Source: Bacteroidales bacterium
GTDB lineage: Bacteria; Bacteroidota; Bacteroidia; Bacteroidales; UBA12077
DNA: 61,055 nt
Direction of reading: 5' to 3'
Assembly (NCBI GenBank): GCA_046482855.1
Contig: JAWOEH010000150.1
Span: 1 to 61,055 of the forward strand
In this document: positions 1-9,024 of the stretch, piece by piece
Position numbering within the stretch: the stretch's first letter is position 1
Layout: every line of letters starts with the position of its first letter
Notes under the pieces: generated by a model
What the model was told of the DNA's origin: nothing
The model's database searches: none
What the model saw: the letters and a program-made list of their open reading frames with translations, nothing else
Translations under genes and position numbers: made by a program

Positions 1-132
1 ACAGCTTTGGTATTCAACCCGCAAACAGGAGCCGTTGCCCGCATGTATTTTAAAGGTACAGCCACAGTGAGCAACGAAAGAGGGGAACCCTTCATCAAAG
101 GGGCAAAGATTCGTGAAGCAATTAACAGATAG
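1..132 (+). CDS. 3' end of a truncated hypothetical protein
   Basis: Frame 1 is open from base 1 to TAG at 130-132 (TALVFNPQTGAVARMYFKG...REAINR*) and converges on the LytTR gene. Confidence 0.5.
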   Translation, partial: TALVFNPQTGAVARMYFKGTATVSNERGEPFIKGAKIREAINR

Positions 133-149
133 TAGTCTAAAGCGATTTT

Positions 150-869
150 TTACTGCTCCCTAGTTAGCAATTGCAATACCTCTTTCCGATACGACCGACC
201 AATGGGCAGGGTCGTATCAGCCAAATCGACATGTGCCGAAGTAAACGCACCCACATAGGATACATTTATCAGGTACGAGCGATGGATACGCAAAAATTGT
301 GCACGTGACAGGCGTTCCTCCATTGCCGACAAGCGCTCGTAACAAATCAACACACCACGTGTTGTGTACACCTTCACATAATTATCCAGGCTCTGCACAT
401 ATTGAATTTCAGATAGAGGCACCCGGTGATACTTCTTATCGGCCAACAAATTTACATAACCACTGCCCGACGATTCGGCTATGGCAGTTGGTTGTCGGGC
501 ATTGGCATACTCAAGAAACTTGTCCCATGCCTTCAGAAAACGGGCAAAAGCTATCGGCTTCACCAGGTAATCGAGCGCATCCAGATCAAAGGCATCAGCA
601 GCAAACTCGCGGTAGGCTGTTGTAAAAACAATCGGGGGCGGTTTTTTCAACGATTTCACCAAATCCATGCCCGATAGCCCGGGCATATTGATATCGAGGA
701 ACAACAAATCGCAACTTCCCTGTTGCAAAGCCTGAACGGCATCAATAGCCGAAGTAAACTGCCCGACACACTGCATACCGTCAATCTTGCTGACATAATC
801 ACACAATATTTTCAGCGCAACAGGCTCATCGTCCACAAGCATGCATGTATAAGGTGTTGTGTTATCCAT
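150..869 (-). CDS. LytTR-family response regulator
   Basis: Receiver domain (LVDDEP, LFLDINMP, FTTAY, DYLVKP) plus LytTR tail (FLRIHRSYLIN, LPIGRSYR). ATG at 869 overlaps the kinase stop codon. Confidence 0.95.
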   Translation of the reverse strand: MDNTTPYTCMLVDDEPVALKILCDYVSKIDGMQCVGQFTSAIDAVQALQQGSCDLLFLDINMPGLSGMDLVKSLKKPPPIVFTTAYREFAADAFDLDALDYLVKPIAFARFLKAWDKFLEYANARQPTAIAESSGSGYVNLLADKKYHRVPLSEIQYVQSLDNYVKVYTTRGVLICYERLSAMEERLSRAQFLRIHRSYLINVSYVGAFTSAHVDLADTTLPIGRSYRKEVLQLLTREQ

Positions 870-1944
870 AAATATCGGTATTAAGGCTGAGCTCAACCAG
901 GTGATGCTTTTCGCGAATCACCTTCAACTGATGCCCCTCTGGATACAAAAGCTGCAACCGCTCGCGAATATTGGGTAATCCAATGCCCCCGGCAGTTTTT
1001 GTGTGTTTATTTTTGGTAAGATCGTCCCCCACACTATTTTCAACACAGAAGCACAAATGGCTATTCTCTACTTCCAGACTGATCTTGATAAAAGCCCCTT
1101 TCTCATGAAAGTTGCCGTGTTTGAATGCATTCTCGACAAAAGGAAACAGCAACAAAGGCGCTATACTAACAGATGGAAAAGGCTCGGGCAAATCAAGCGT
1201 TAACGGCAACTTATAAGCCCTTCGCGATTGCTCCAGCCTGACAAAGCGCCTGATAAAGTCCAACTCATCTGTTAAGCGGATAGTTTGTCGGTTGCATTTA
1301 TACAAAATAAAATCGAGCATTTCGGAAAGATCCAGAATCATCTCTTTCGACCGCTCCGGCGAATCTTCGATGAGCCCATATAAATTATTCAGCATATTAA
1401 ATAAGAAATGAGGATGCAATTGTCCCTGCAGTAGTTCAATACGGGCCTCTTTGAGTTTACTTTCCACCTCTTTGCGTCGCTGCACTGCCTCCTGCTTCTC
1501 CACCTGGCGCCGGTAGGTCTCCTTGACAAAGTGCAAAATGGCCGACAACAATACAATCAGATACGTACCGGAAAGCAAAAGTGTGATGTCGGCTGGTTGT
1601 GGCACAACCAATTGCGGCATGTAGTAGCCCGAATAAAGCAAAATAAGTATAAGAACCAGAAAAGTCAGCCAGAAGGAAACCACCAGGGTAAACAGTAACA
1701 AATAGGCAAATAAGCCTATCTTTCCCCGAAACAAAAAGCGATGTATCAACACCCGGTTAATCACCTGCGACACGCCCAGGCTCATCAACAACAACAAAGT
1801 CACTAACACAATGCGAATACCCACATCGTATGTGCGATTGGTGAAGACAACGAAAAGCATCACAACAGCAAGCGACCAAAAAATCAACTTCGCTGTGGCA
1901 CTTTTCCGAAGCAGCAATTGATGATAATCCTCTGACAGTTCCAT
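862..1944 (-). CDS. LytS/YehU-family membrane sensor histidine kinase
   Basis: N-terminal TM helices, H-box QLHPHFLFNMLNNLY, N-box PFVENAFKHG, G-box GGIGLPNIRERL. The start was moved to ATG 1944 because the longer ORF overlaps the divergent gene. Confidence 0.93.
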   Translation of the reverse strand: MELSEDYHQLLLRKSATAKLIFWSLAVVMLFVVFTNRTYDVGIRIVLVTLLLLMSLGVSQVINRVLIHRFLFRGKIGLFAYLLLFTLVVSFWLTFLVLILILLYSGYYMPQLVVPQPADITLLLSGTYLIVLLSAILHFVKETYRRQVEKQEAVQRRKEVESKLKEARIELLQGQLHPHFLFNMLNNLYGLIEDSPERSKEMILDLSEMLDFILYKCNRQTIRLTDELDFIRRFVRLEQSRRAYKLPLTLDLPEPFPSVSIAPLLLFPFVENAFKHGNFHEKGAFIKISLEVENSHLCFCVENSVGDDLTKNKHTKTAGGIGLPNIRERLQLLYPEGHQLKVIREKHHLVELSLNTDIYG

Positions 1945-2142
1945 ACAACCAAAGATACAATCTTTCCAGGAAGCAGATTCTTTTTTTTGGCGAACTACCC
2001 AATATGCCCCCTGAAGGTAAATGATTACCTTTAGCGTATTAGTTGTGTTGTTTAATAGCAAGGAGTGGTCGTTGGCCAAGTTTGTTTCCGATTCAGCAAC
2101 AAGTCCTTTAACATTGCTGCATAAACCTTTAAACAAACTATT

Positions 2143-2514
2143 ATGATTGCAAAACATTTTTACGAAGGCGGTCCTTTGTTTATGGCAATGATTTATGCCC
2201 TATGGATTTTGGCTCTGATCATGGCCATTCGCTGGATCTACATTTACATAAAGGGTAGCAGTAACGAGGCAAAGCTCAAGAGACAGAACAACTCGATTCT
2301 TTTTGTAGGAAGCTTTGGATTTCTGCTGGGTATTTTTGGCCAAGCCATTGGGTTGTACGAAGCCTTTCAGGCTATCTATACAGCAGGCGACATCTCACCA
2401 GCTCTTATAGCCGGCGGCCTGCGTGTTTCCATGCTCACCACACTTTATGGGTTTGCATTGCTTTTAGTTAGTTCGCTAATATGGGTAACCTTCCGTCACC
2501 TGAACAAGGCGTAA
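2143..2514 (+). CDS. Small MotA/TolQ/ExbB proton-channel family protein
   Basis: Three TM segments with EGGPLFM, GFLLGIFGQAIGLYEAF and ISPALIAGGLRVSMLTTLYG, typical of ExbB/TolQ TM2-TM3. Confidence 0.8.
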   Translation: MIAKHFYEGGPLFMAMIYALWILALIMAIRWIYIYIKGSSNEAKLKRQNNSILFVGSFGFLLGIFGQAIGLYEAFQAIYTAGDISPALIAGGLRVSMLTTLYGFALLLVSSLIWVTFRHLNKA

Positions 2515-2588
2515 AATGGAATGTTCCCGGGTTGTTCTGTAAACAAGAAGGAGTTAACAAGCTTGACTTGTAAGCAGAACAACCATTT

Positions 2589-3305
2589 TTAACCCGTTTG
2601 GCTCATCTCCAGCAGGGCCTTTTTATTGTGAATCACCACCTGGTGATTGCTGTTGGAGATAAACTTCTCTTTCTGGAATTCCTGCAATGTGCGCACTACA
2701 CTCATGGTTGACATACCGCTCATCTCCGCCAGATCTTTGCGCGAGAGTGCCAGGTGAAAGGCATCCTCTCCATAAACCTTATCGGCCAAATAAAGAAGGA
2801 CATCGGCCATGCGCCCATTCAATTGTTTCATGGTGAGCGACACCATTTTTTGCCGCGTAGCTAACAAATCGGCATTGACCGACTGAAGCACCTGAGCGGC
2901 AAAAAGACCATTCTGCTCCAACAACTGCTCTATCACTTTCCTATCAATGGCACAAATAAAGGAATCCTCAAGGGCAGCAATGGAATATTGGAAATGAGCA
3001 CCCCCAAATAACGAGGCCAACCCTAACATCTTGCCGGTGCGGTGAATGCTATATATTAAGTTCGAACGATAATCCACTTCATTGTAAACCTTCACCAGTC
3101 CCTTTTTCAAATACAACATATGCGTAATGAAGGCACCTTGTTTGGCAATGGTTTCCCCCTTTTTAAAATGCAGGTGTACTTTATGGTCGCTTACTTGCTG
3201 TAGCTCTTCAGAAGTTAGCTTTTCAAAACAGGCCGACTTTGCCGGACAATTCATACACATGCCAAGAGCCTTATCGGCAGAGGTAGTTTTATGCAGTGTA
3301 TTCAT
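2589..3305 (-). CDS. Crp/Fnr-family transcriptional regulator with an FNR-like Cys-rich N-terminus
   Basis: N-terminal CMNCPAKSAC, cNMP-like barrel with a further Cys (FICAID), C-terminal HTH LSRKDLAEMSGMSTMSVVRTLQEF. Divergent from the mbs-like operon. Confidence 0.9.
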   Translation of the reverse strand: MNTLHKTTSADKALGMCMNCPAKSACFEKLTSEELQQVSDHKVHLHFKKGETIAKQGAFITHMLYLKKGLVKVYNEVDYRSNLIYSIHRTGKMLGLASLFGGAHFQYSIAALEDSFICAIDRKVIEQLLEQNGLFAAQVLQSVNADLLATRQKMVSLTMKQLNGRMADVLLYLADKVYGEDAFHLALSRKDLAEMSGMSTMSVVRTLQEFQKEKFISNSNHQVVIHNKKALLEMSQTG

Positions 3306-3419
3306 TTCAAGTGGGTTAAATAAAAAAATCACACATCTCTAAGATACAATATATCTGGCGCAATAAAAAGGTTGCGCTATTTTAATTCAAAAACCAATGT
3401 GCCAAATCTACAAAAACTT

Positions 3420-3463
3420 TTGTTAATATCTTAACACATCTATATTTGTTAATAAATCAATAA
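3420..3463 (+). promoter_or_regulatory. Two Rex/CRP-like palindromes flanking a TAnnTTTG promoter of the mbs-like operon
   Basis: TTGTTAA-TATC-TTAACAC (3420-3437), the -7 element TATATTTG (3441-3448), then TTGTTAA-TAAA-TCAATAA (3446-3463). Rex consensus is TTGTGAA-N4-TTCACAA. Confidence 0.55.
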
Positions 3464-3472
3464 CAAAAACTG

Positions 3473-3967
3473 ATGAACATTAAAAACATCCTGCTAACAG
3501 CCCTCATATTGTTGTTGTTCTGGTTGTTACTCGTAAATGATTTCACCCTCACCTCTCTTATTTTGGGTATGGCTGTAGCCCTTATTCTGAGTGTGGTACT
3601 GTGCAAATCATGCGGTGTTTTTTCCGATGTAAAACTTACCCCTGCATCGTTTTATTACACCTTTGTGTACCTGGGCATTTTTTTACTGGAGCTAATTCAA
3701 TCCAACCTGGATGTTGCCCGTCGTGTAATTTCCCCTTCGCTTCCCATTAAACCGGGTATTGTGGAGGTAAAAACGCGTCTGACCTCACCCATGGCCCGTT
3801 TGATTTTAGCAAACTCCATTACCCTCACACCGGGTACCTTAACGGTCGATCTTACCGGCGACAAGCTTTACATACACTGGATTGAAGTACGGGCCGAAGA
3901 TAGGCAGGCAGCAACGGAATACATTGTTCGCAAATTTGAAAAATATTTAGAAAAAATTTATGATTAA
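3473..3967 (+). CDS. MrpE/MnhE-like subunit (MbsA/MbxA)
   Basis: PGIVEVKT and LANSITLTPGTLTVD, LYIHWI motifs of MrpE. Confidence 0.92.
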   Translation: MNIKNILLTALILLLFWLLLVNDFTLTSLILGMAVALILSVVLCKSCGVFSDVKLTPASFYYTFVYLGIFLLELIQSNLDVARRVISPSLPIKPGIVEVKTRLTSPMARLILANSITLTPGTLTVDLTGDKLYIHWIEVRAEDRQAATEYIVRKFEKYLEKIYD

Positions 3968-4220
3968 TCTACTGCTTACCCTTGCATTAGGATTCATGCT
4001 GGCCGCGATGGTTGTGGCAGCAATCCGGTTTTTTATGGGCCCCCGGACAACCGACCGGGTGATTGCATTCGATGTGTTAACAATTACCTCGCTGTCGCTC
4101 ATAGTATTAATCGCTTGGTATGCCGGGCGATCAATCTACCTGGATATTGCCATTGTATATGGTTTATTAAGTTTTTTAGGGGTGATCATCATTGCCCGTT
4201 ATTTAGAAAAAGGATTATAA
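3960..4220 (+). CDS. MrpF/MnhF-like subunit (MbsB)
   Basis: 86 aa with three TMs and the GPRTTDRVIAFD motif. Confidence 0.92.
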   Translation: MINLLLTLALGFMLAAMVVAAIRFFMGPRTTDRVIAFDVLTITSLSLIVLIAWYAGRSIYLDIAIVYGLLSFLGVIIIARYLEKGL

Positions 4221-4235
4221 TTAAATAGGAGACGG

Positions 4236-4592
4236 ATGGAAGAATTAGGCGCAATCATTGTCCTTATCGGATCGATATTTTTATTTCTGGGAGCTTTAGG
4301 TTTACTGCGCATGCCCGATAGTTTTACGCGTATACAGGCAGGTACAAAAGCCTCTACACTGGGAACCTTACTCACAACAGCAGGTTTTATCTTTCTTGCA
4401 CCTGCATGGTGGGGCAAGTTGGTAATTCTCATGGTTTTTATCATGTTAACCAACCCCATATCGTCGCATGTATTGGCACGTGCAGCGTATCATATAAAAA
4501 CACCACTTACCCCGCGCACTGTGGTGGATAAGTATAAGCCATCGGAAGCTCCTGTTGTTGAATCGACAAAATCTGACACTCATGCTCATTAA
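4236..4592 (+). CDS. MrpG/MnhG-like subunit (MbsC)
   Basis: GLLRMPDSFTRIQAGTKASTLG and NPISSHVLARAA motifs. Confidence 0.92.
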   Translation: MEELGAIIVLIGSIFLFLGALGLLRMPDSFTRIQAGTKASTLGTLLTTAGFIFLAPAWWGKLVILMVFIMLTNPISSHVLARAAYHIKTPLTPRTVVDKYKPSEAPVVESTKSDTHAH

Positions 4593-4827
4593 ATTATTGG
4601 CTTTGGTATTGGGGCTACTCATTCTTGGGATTGCCTTATTTGCCTTACACGCAAGAAAAGTTTCGGTAGCCATTCTGGGTGCCGGAGCCGTTAGTCTGCT
4701 GGCCTCCGTAATGTTTCTGCTGATGGCGGCCCCCGATGTGGCCATGACAGAAGCAGCCATAGGTAGTGGACTTAGCACCATCATCTTTTTTTATGTACTC
4801 AATAAAATCCGTCAACAAAATGGTTAG
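4582..4827 (+). CDS. DUF4040 / MbhD-like subunit (MbsD)
   Basis: APDVAMTEAAIGSG motif of the MrpA C-terminal/DUF4040 domain. ATG at 4582. Confidence 0.88.
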   Translation: MLIKLLALVLGLLILGIALFALHARKVSVAILGAGAVSLLASVMFLLMAAPDVAMTEAAIGSGLSTIIFFYVLNKIRQQNG

Positions 4828-5521
4828 ATATATCATTGTACTGCTTTTGCTCATCGGGTTTGGCGCCATGCTCTATCCGCTTGTAGTCGAGTTTCAGAGC
4901 CCGGAAAAACTCCCGGAGGTGGCCTCAGTGTATGCCCGGCAAGGTCCCGGAGAAGTAGGGGCTGCCAACCTGGTTACAGCTGTTGTTGTTACCTACCGCG
5001 GACTTGACACCCTGGGCGAGGTGACCATCTTGTTTTTGTCAGCCGCAATAGTTGCCTTTATGTTAAAAATGGCACAAGAAAATAAACAATCACGCACCTT
5101 TCACCCGGTAAGTGAAATTTTGCAAACCGGATCAAAAGTACTTACTCCCGCGGTCTTCCTGTTAGGGGTTTATGTATTTATTCACGGGCATCTGACCCCT
5201 GGTGGAGGCTTTCAGGGAGGCGCCATACTGGCCTCGGGCTTTGTGCTAATGCTTTTGGCTAAACCCGATCTTCGCTGGAATAAAAACCTGATACACACAG
5301 TAGAATCCATATCAGGCTTTGCCTTTGTATTCATCGGAATCCTGGGAATTATATATGCCGGAGGATTTTTAGACAACAGCCTGTTAGCCCTGGGCACTTT
5401 CGGAACAGTACTTAGCGCAGGTGCCATTCCTCTAATTTACTTGTTTATCGGGTTAAAGGTAGGCGCTGAACTGGCATCGATTGTAGGGAATTTACAAGAA
5501 TCGCAAAATCAAACTGTATGA
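4820..5521 (+). CDS. MrpB/MnhB-like subunit (MbhE+F type, MbsE)
   Basis: NLVTAVVVTYRGLDTLGEVT and HGHLTPGGGFQGG motifs. ATG at 4820 overlaps the previous gene. Confidence 0.9.
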   Translation: MVRYIIVLLLLIGFGAMLYPLVVEFQSPEKLPEVASVYARQGPGEVGAANLVTAVVVTYRGLDTLGEVTILFLSAAIVAFMLKMAQENKQSRTFHPVSEILQTGSKVLTPAVFLLGVYVFIHGHLTPGGGFQGGAILASGFVLMLLAKPDLRWNKNLIHTVESISGFAFVFIGILGIIYAGGFLDNSLLALGTFGTVLSAGAIPLIYLFIGLKVGAELASIVGNLQESQNQTV

Positions 5522-5889
5522 ACGCATTAGGACTGGAACAGATTGCCCTGGCTATCGGTGTGCTCTTGGCACTCATTGGTTTGTGGGGAATTCTCACACA
5601 AAAACATATCATAAAAATGATTGTAGGTTTTGCCTTACTGGACACAGGCATCCATCTGATTATGATAGCAGTGGGGTATGTAAAAAACGCCACAGCCCCC
5701 ATAATTAGCGAAACCGTTACCAAAATCAATGCAGCAGAAAAAATTGCCGACCCCATTCCGCAGGCATTGGTATTAACGGCCATTGTCATTGGCCTTGGAA
5801 TAACTGCACTGATGCTGAGCTATGCGCTAAAAATGCATCAGCAAAAGAAATCATTGGAAATCAATCAATATAAAGAATTGAAATGGTAG
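5518..5889 (+). CDS. MrpC/MnhC-like subunit (MbsG)
   Basis: ADPIPQALVLTAIVIG motif of MrpC. Confidence 0.93.
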   Translation: MNALGLEQIALAIGVLLALIGLWGILTQKHIIKMIVGFALLDTGIHLIMIAVGYVKNATAPIISETVTKINAAEKIADPIPQALVLTAIVIGLGITALMLSYALKMHQQKKSLEINQYKELKW

Positions 5890-8800
5890 GACCTGTGTAC
5901 ATTATAGCGGTAGCCTTAGGGCTGGCCTTTTTACTGGGCTTTTTAAAGCATGGAAATCAACGCCTTTCACTCTTGCTCATGCTAGTGGGCGTAGGGTTTA
6001 TGGCATTTACTTCCGCACAATGGCTAACCGCCCATTTAAGCGGAGAAGCAATTGAAAGCACCCAATTTACTGCCGGCTTCAAACCGCCCTTCTCCATCAG
6101 TCTGCAGATGGGCTTGGCCGAAGCAACCATTACCGGTATGATCAACCTGTTTGGACTCCTCGGTGGCCTGTACCTGTGGCGGCGTCTTTTTAAACTGGGC
6201 GTAAATGCACAAATCATCTATCTGGTTACCTTAATGGGCCTGAATGTGATTGTGATGACCCGCGATATCTTTAACCTGTTTGTATTTTTTGAGGTGAGCA
6301 GCATTGGTATTGTAGGACTCATTTTGCTACAACAAAAAGCCCAGGCGCTCTCCTCTGGTTTTAAATACTTAATGGCAACAGGATTAATCTCCTCATTTTT
6401 GCTCATTGGGATTATCATGATCTATCGCTTCTCCGGTACCCTCTATATAAACGATCTTTTAGCGGCTAACCTGGGAGTTAGCAAGGGTGTAATGGTATCC
6501 CTCTTTCTGTTGCTAATGGCGTTAATTTTGGAGCTAAAACCCTTCCCTGCCAATGGCTGGGCACTGGATGTTTACCAAAGCAGCCACCCGGGTATTGGAG
6601 CCCTCCTATCGGGTGGGTTTGCAACGGCTGCCCTGTTTGTGCTGTATAAACTATGGCCCATATTCCCTTATCATTGGAGTGTATTTGTTGCCGTGCTGGG
6701 AGGAATCACCTTTTTGGCCTCCAACCTGCTGGGTTTGAAACAACAAAACGCAAAACGTCTACTAGGATACTCCAGTGCTGGACAAGTGGGCTTACTATTG
6801 GCAGTTCTGGGGTTACAACCTGTTTTGGGTAGCTCCTTCCCCTTCATCGCCTTAACCCTGCTGGGCAGTCATTTTCTGGCAAAAAGCGGCCTATTTTGGC
6901 TCGCCGGTATTGTCAACCAACAAAATATCAGGCAGTGGAGCGATCTGCGAAAGCACCCATTAACAGTTGTACTGTTTGCCCTATTTATTTTTACGCTTTT
7001 AGGGCTCCCCCCGTTTCCCTCGTTCTTCGGAAAATGGCAATTGATAATGGAGTTATCGGGAGCCCAACAATTGCAGTGGGTGGTGGTTATTTTGCTGGGT
7101 AGTTTTTTCGAAGCAGCCTACCTGTTCCGTTGGTTTGGGTATGTGTTAAAGGAAGATCTTTCCGAAAAAACGCCTGCGGGCTTCAAGCACGTGGAAAAAT
7201 TTATCGGCCCCATTGTGTTTGGCTTATTATCGTTACTGGGGGGGTACTATGCAGCCCTATGGTTGAATGAATCGATGCTTGTTGTTTACATTCCGTTGCT
7301 GTTTATTGCTGCTATCGGACTCCTGGATTTTCTACCGGCCTGGACAAAAAACACCCTCTCCATCGCAGCCATGGCTTTTTATGGAGTGACTAAACTCCCC
7401 GGTTTATATGAAGCCGATTTGCTTCGGTTTATCTTTATGGCCATTTTTATTGTAGGCGGTATACTTACCCTCATTGCAGGGTATCACTATAAAGGAACAA
7501 GAAAAGGATTTTATCTGCCTGCGCTACTCATGTTTGCGGGTTTGGGTGGCATTATTGAAGCCCAAAGTCTGTTAGCTTTCTTTTTCTCATGGGAACTTAT
7601 GACCATCGGTTCTTACTTCCTGATTATCCGGGGTAAACGATCGATGAAGCATGGTTTGAGTTATATCCTCTTTTCCCTGGGCGGAGCGTATCTGCTGCTC
7701 TCGGCTTTTGGTTTACTCAATGCACAGGCAGGAGGAGCCATTAGCGCTTTCGCCCACATGGGCGCACAAACAGCCCTCATTTCAACACTTCTGGCCATTG
7801 GCTTTATGACCAAAACGGCCTCTCTGGGCTTACACATTTGGCTCCCCGGAGCCCATGCCGAGGCCGAATCGGATGTATCGCCGATGGTTTCGGCCATTTT
7901 ACTGAAAGCTGGCGTATTCGGATTGATCCTTACTATTTTAGGAATGGGTGCCGAACAAGCAGGAGGCAGTAAGCTTTTATATGCACTAGGGTGGCTGGGC
8001 GCCATAACAGCGCTGGTGGGAAATTTGGCCGCAAGTTTACAGGAAGATGCCAAACGGCTACTGGCTTACTCCAGCATTGGACAGCTGGGCTATATTTTGT
8101 TTGCCTTTGCCATGGCCACACACCTGGGCTGGATGGGTGGATTTGTGTATGTAATCAACCACTTTGCTTTTAAAGCAGTGCTGTTCCTTACCATTGGTGC
8201 CGTAGTATTGCGCGTAGGTACGCATAATATGTACGAAATGGGTGGTTTAATAAAACGCATGCCACTGGCCTTTATAGCTGTTTTAATGGGTATCATCACG
8301 CTTTCAGGTGTTCCTCCTTTGTCGGGATTTGCAGGTAAATGGTTTTTCTACCACGCTTTGATTTTAAAGGGGTGGTATTTTCAGGGTGCTCTTATACTTT
8401 TTGCCGGAATTATCGCCTTTTTATACAGCTACCGATTGATACAGACTGTTTTCCTGGGACAACTAAAAGACACCCATCGTCAGGTAAAAGAGATTTCCAT
8501 CTGGTTCCTGATACCCATTTACCTCCTGTTGGCTGGTATTATGGTATTCTCTGTAAAGCCCGATTGGATTCTGGCGCCAATCAGTAACTATCTGGCAGCA
8601 GCATTCCCATCGAACCAGGTAGTTTGGGACGGAGCCGCTGCCACTACTTCCTTAGGCTATTGGAATGGCACTTGGGTAATGATTATTGTAGGCGTAATGT
8701 TTATGCTGATTTTAGGTTGGCTGCTATGGCTAAATGCCCACGCCACAAAAGTGAAACAATTCAATATGGTCTATTCGGCTGAGCGGCCATTCCGCCCCGA

Positions 8801-9011
8801 GACCACACACATGGCGCATAATATGTATGCAGGCTACAACAAAGCATTAGGTTTTTTGGTAGCTCCCGGCATTACGCGTTTTTGGCAAGCTATAACCGAT
8901 TTTACGGAAGATATCGCCGATTTTGTGCGGCGTATCTATACCGGCAACGGACAAACCTATGCCCTGCATATTGTGGCCTATCTTGTAATCATCTATTTCG
9001 TGATCTTCTAA
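5883..9011 (+). CDS. Fused double MrpD/MrpA-like proton-translocating subunit (MbsH+MbsH' type)
   Basis: 1042 aa with two antiporter-like repeats: DIFNLFVFFE...KRLLGYSSAGQ...GLPPFPSFFGKW, then FFFSWELM...HIWLPGAHAEA...KRLLAYSSIGQ...GVPPLSGFAGKW. C-terminal YTGNGQTY. Confidence 0.9.
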   Translation: MVGPVYIIAVALGLAFLLGFLKHGNQRLSLLLMLVGVGFMAFTSAQWLTAHLSGEAIESTQFTAGFKPPFSISLQMGLAEATITGMINLFGLLGGLYLWRRLFKLGVNAQIIYLVTLMGLNVIVMTRDIFNLFVFFEVSSIGIVGLILLQQKAQALSSGFKYLMATGLISSFLLIGIIMIYRFSGTLYINDLLAANLGVSKGVMVSLFLLLMALILELKPFPANGWALDVYQSSHPGIGALLSGGFATAALFVLYKLWPIFPYHWSVFVAVLGGITFLASNLLGLKQQNAKRLLGYSSAGQVGLLLAVLGLQPVLGSSFPFIALTLLGSHFLAKSGLFWLAGIVNQQNIRQWSDLRKHPLTVVLFALFIFTLLGLPPFPSFFGKWQLIMELSGAQQLQWVVVILLGSFFEAAYLFRWFGYVLKEDLSEKTPAGFKHVEKFIGPIVFGLLSLLGGYYAALWLNESMLVVYIPLLFIAAIGLLDFLPAWTKNTLSIAAMAFYGVTKLPGLYEADLLRFIFMAIFIVGGILTLIAGYHYKGTRKGFYLPALLMFAGLGGIIEAQSLLAFFFSWELMTIGSYFLIIRGKRSMKHGLSYILFSLGGAYLLLSAFGLLNAQAGGAISAFAHMGAQTALISTLLAIGFMTKTASLGLHIWLPGAHAEAESDVSPMVSAILLKAGVFGLILTILGMGAEQAGGSKLLYALGWLGAITALVGNLAASLQEDAKRLLAYSSIGQLGYILFAFAMATHLGWMGGFVYVINHFAFKAVLFLTIGAVVLRVGTHNMYEMGGLIKRMPLAFIAVLMGIITLSGVPPLSGFAGKWFFYHALILKGWYFQGALILFAGIIAFLYSYRLIQTVFLGQLKDTHRQVKEISIWFLIPIYLLLAGIMVFSVKPDWILAPISNYLAAAFPSNQVVWDGAAATTSLGYWNGTWVMIIVGVMFMLILGWLLWLNAHATKVKQFNMVYSAERPFRPETTHMAHNMYAGYNKALGFLVAPGITRFWQAITDFTEDIADFVRRIYTGNGQTYALHIVAYLVIIYFVIF

Positions 9012-9024
9012 AGTGTACTGACTT

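Noticed and set aside
1945-2157. N-terminal extension of the histidine kinase ORF
   Set aside because: It overlaps the divergent gene and its promoter. ATG 1944 gives a normal LytS architecture.
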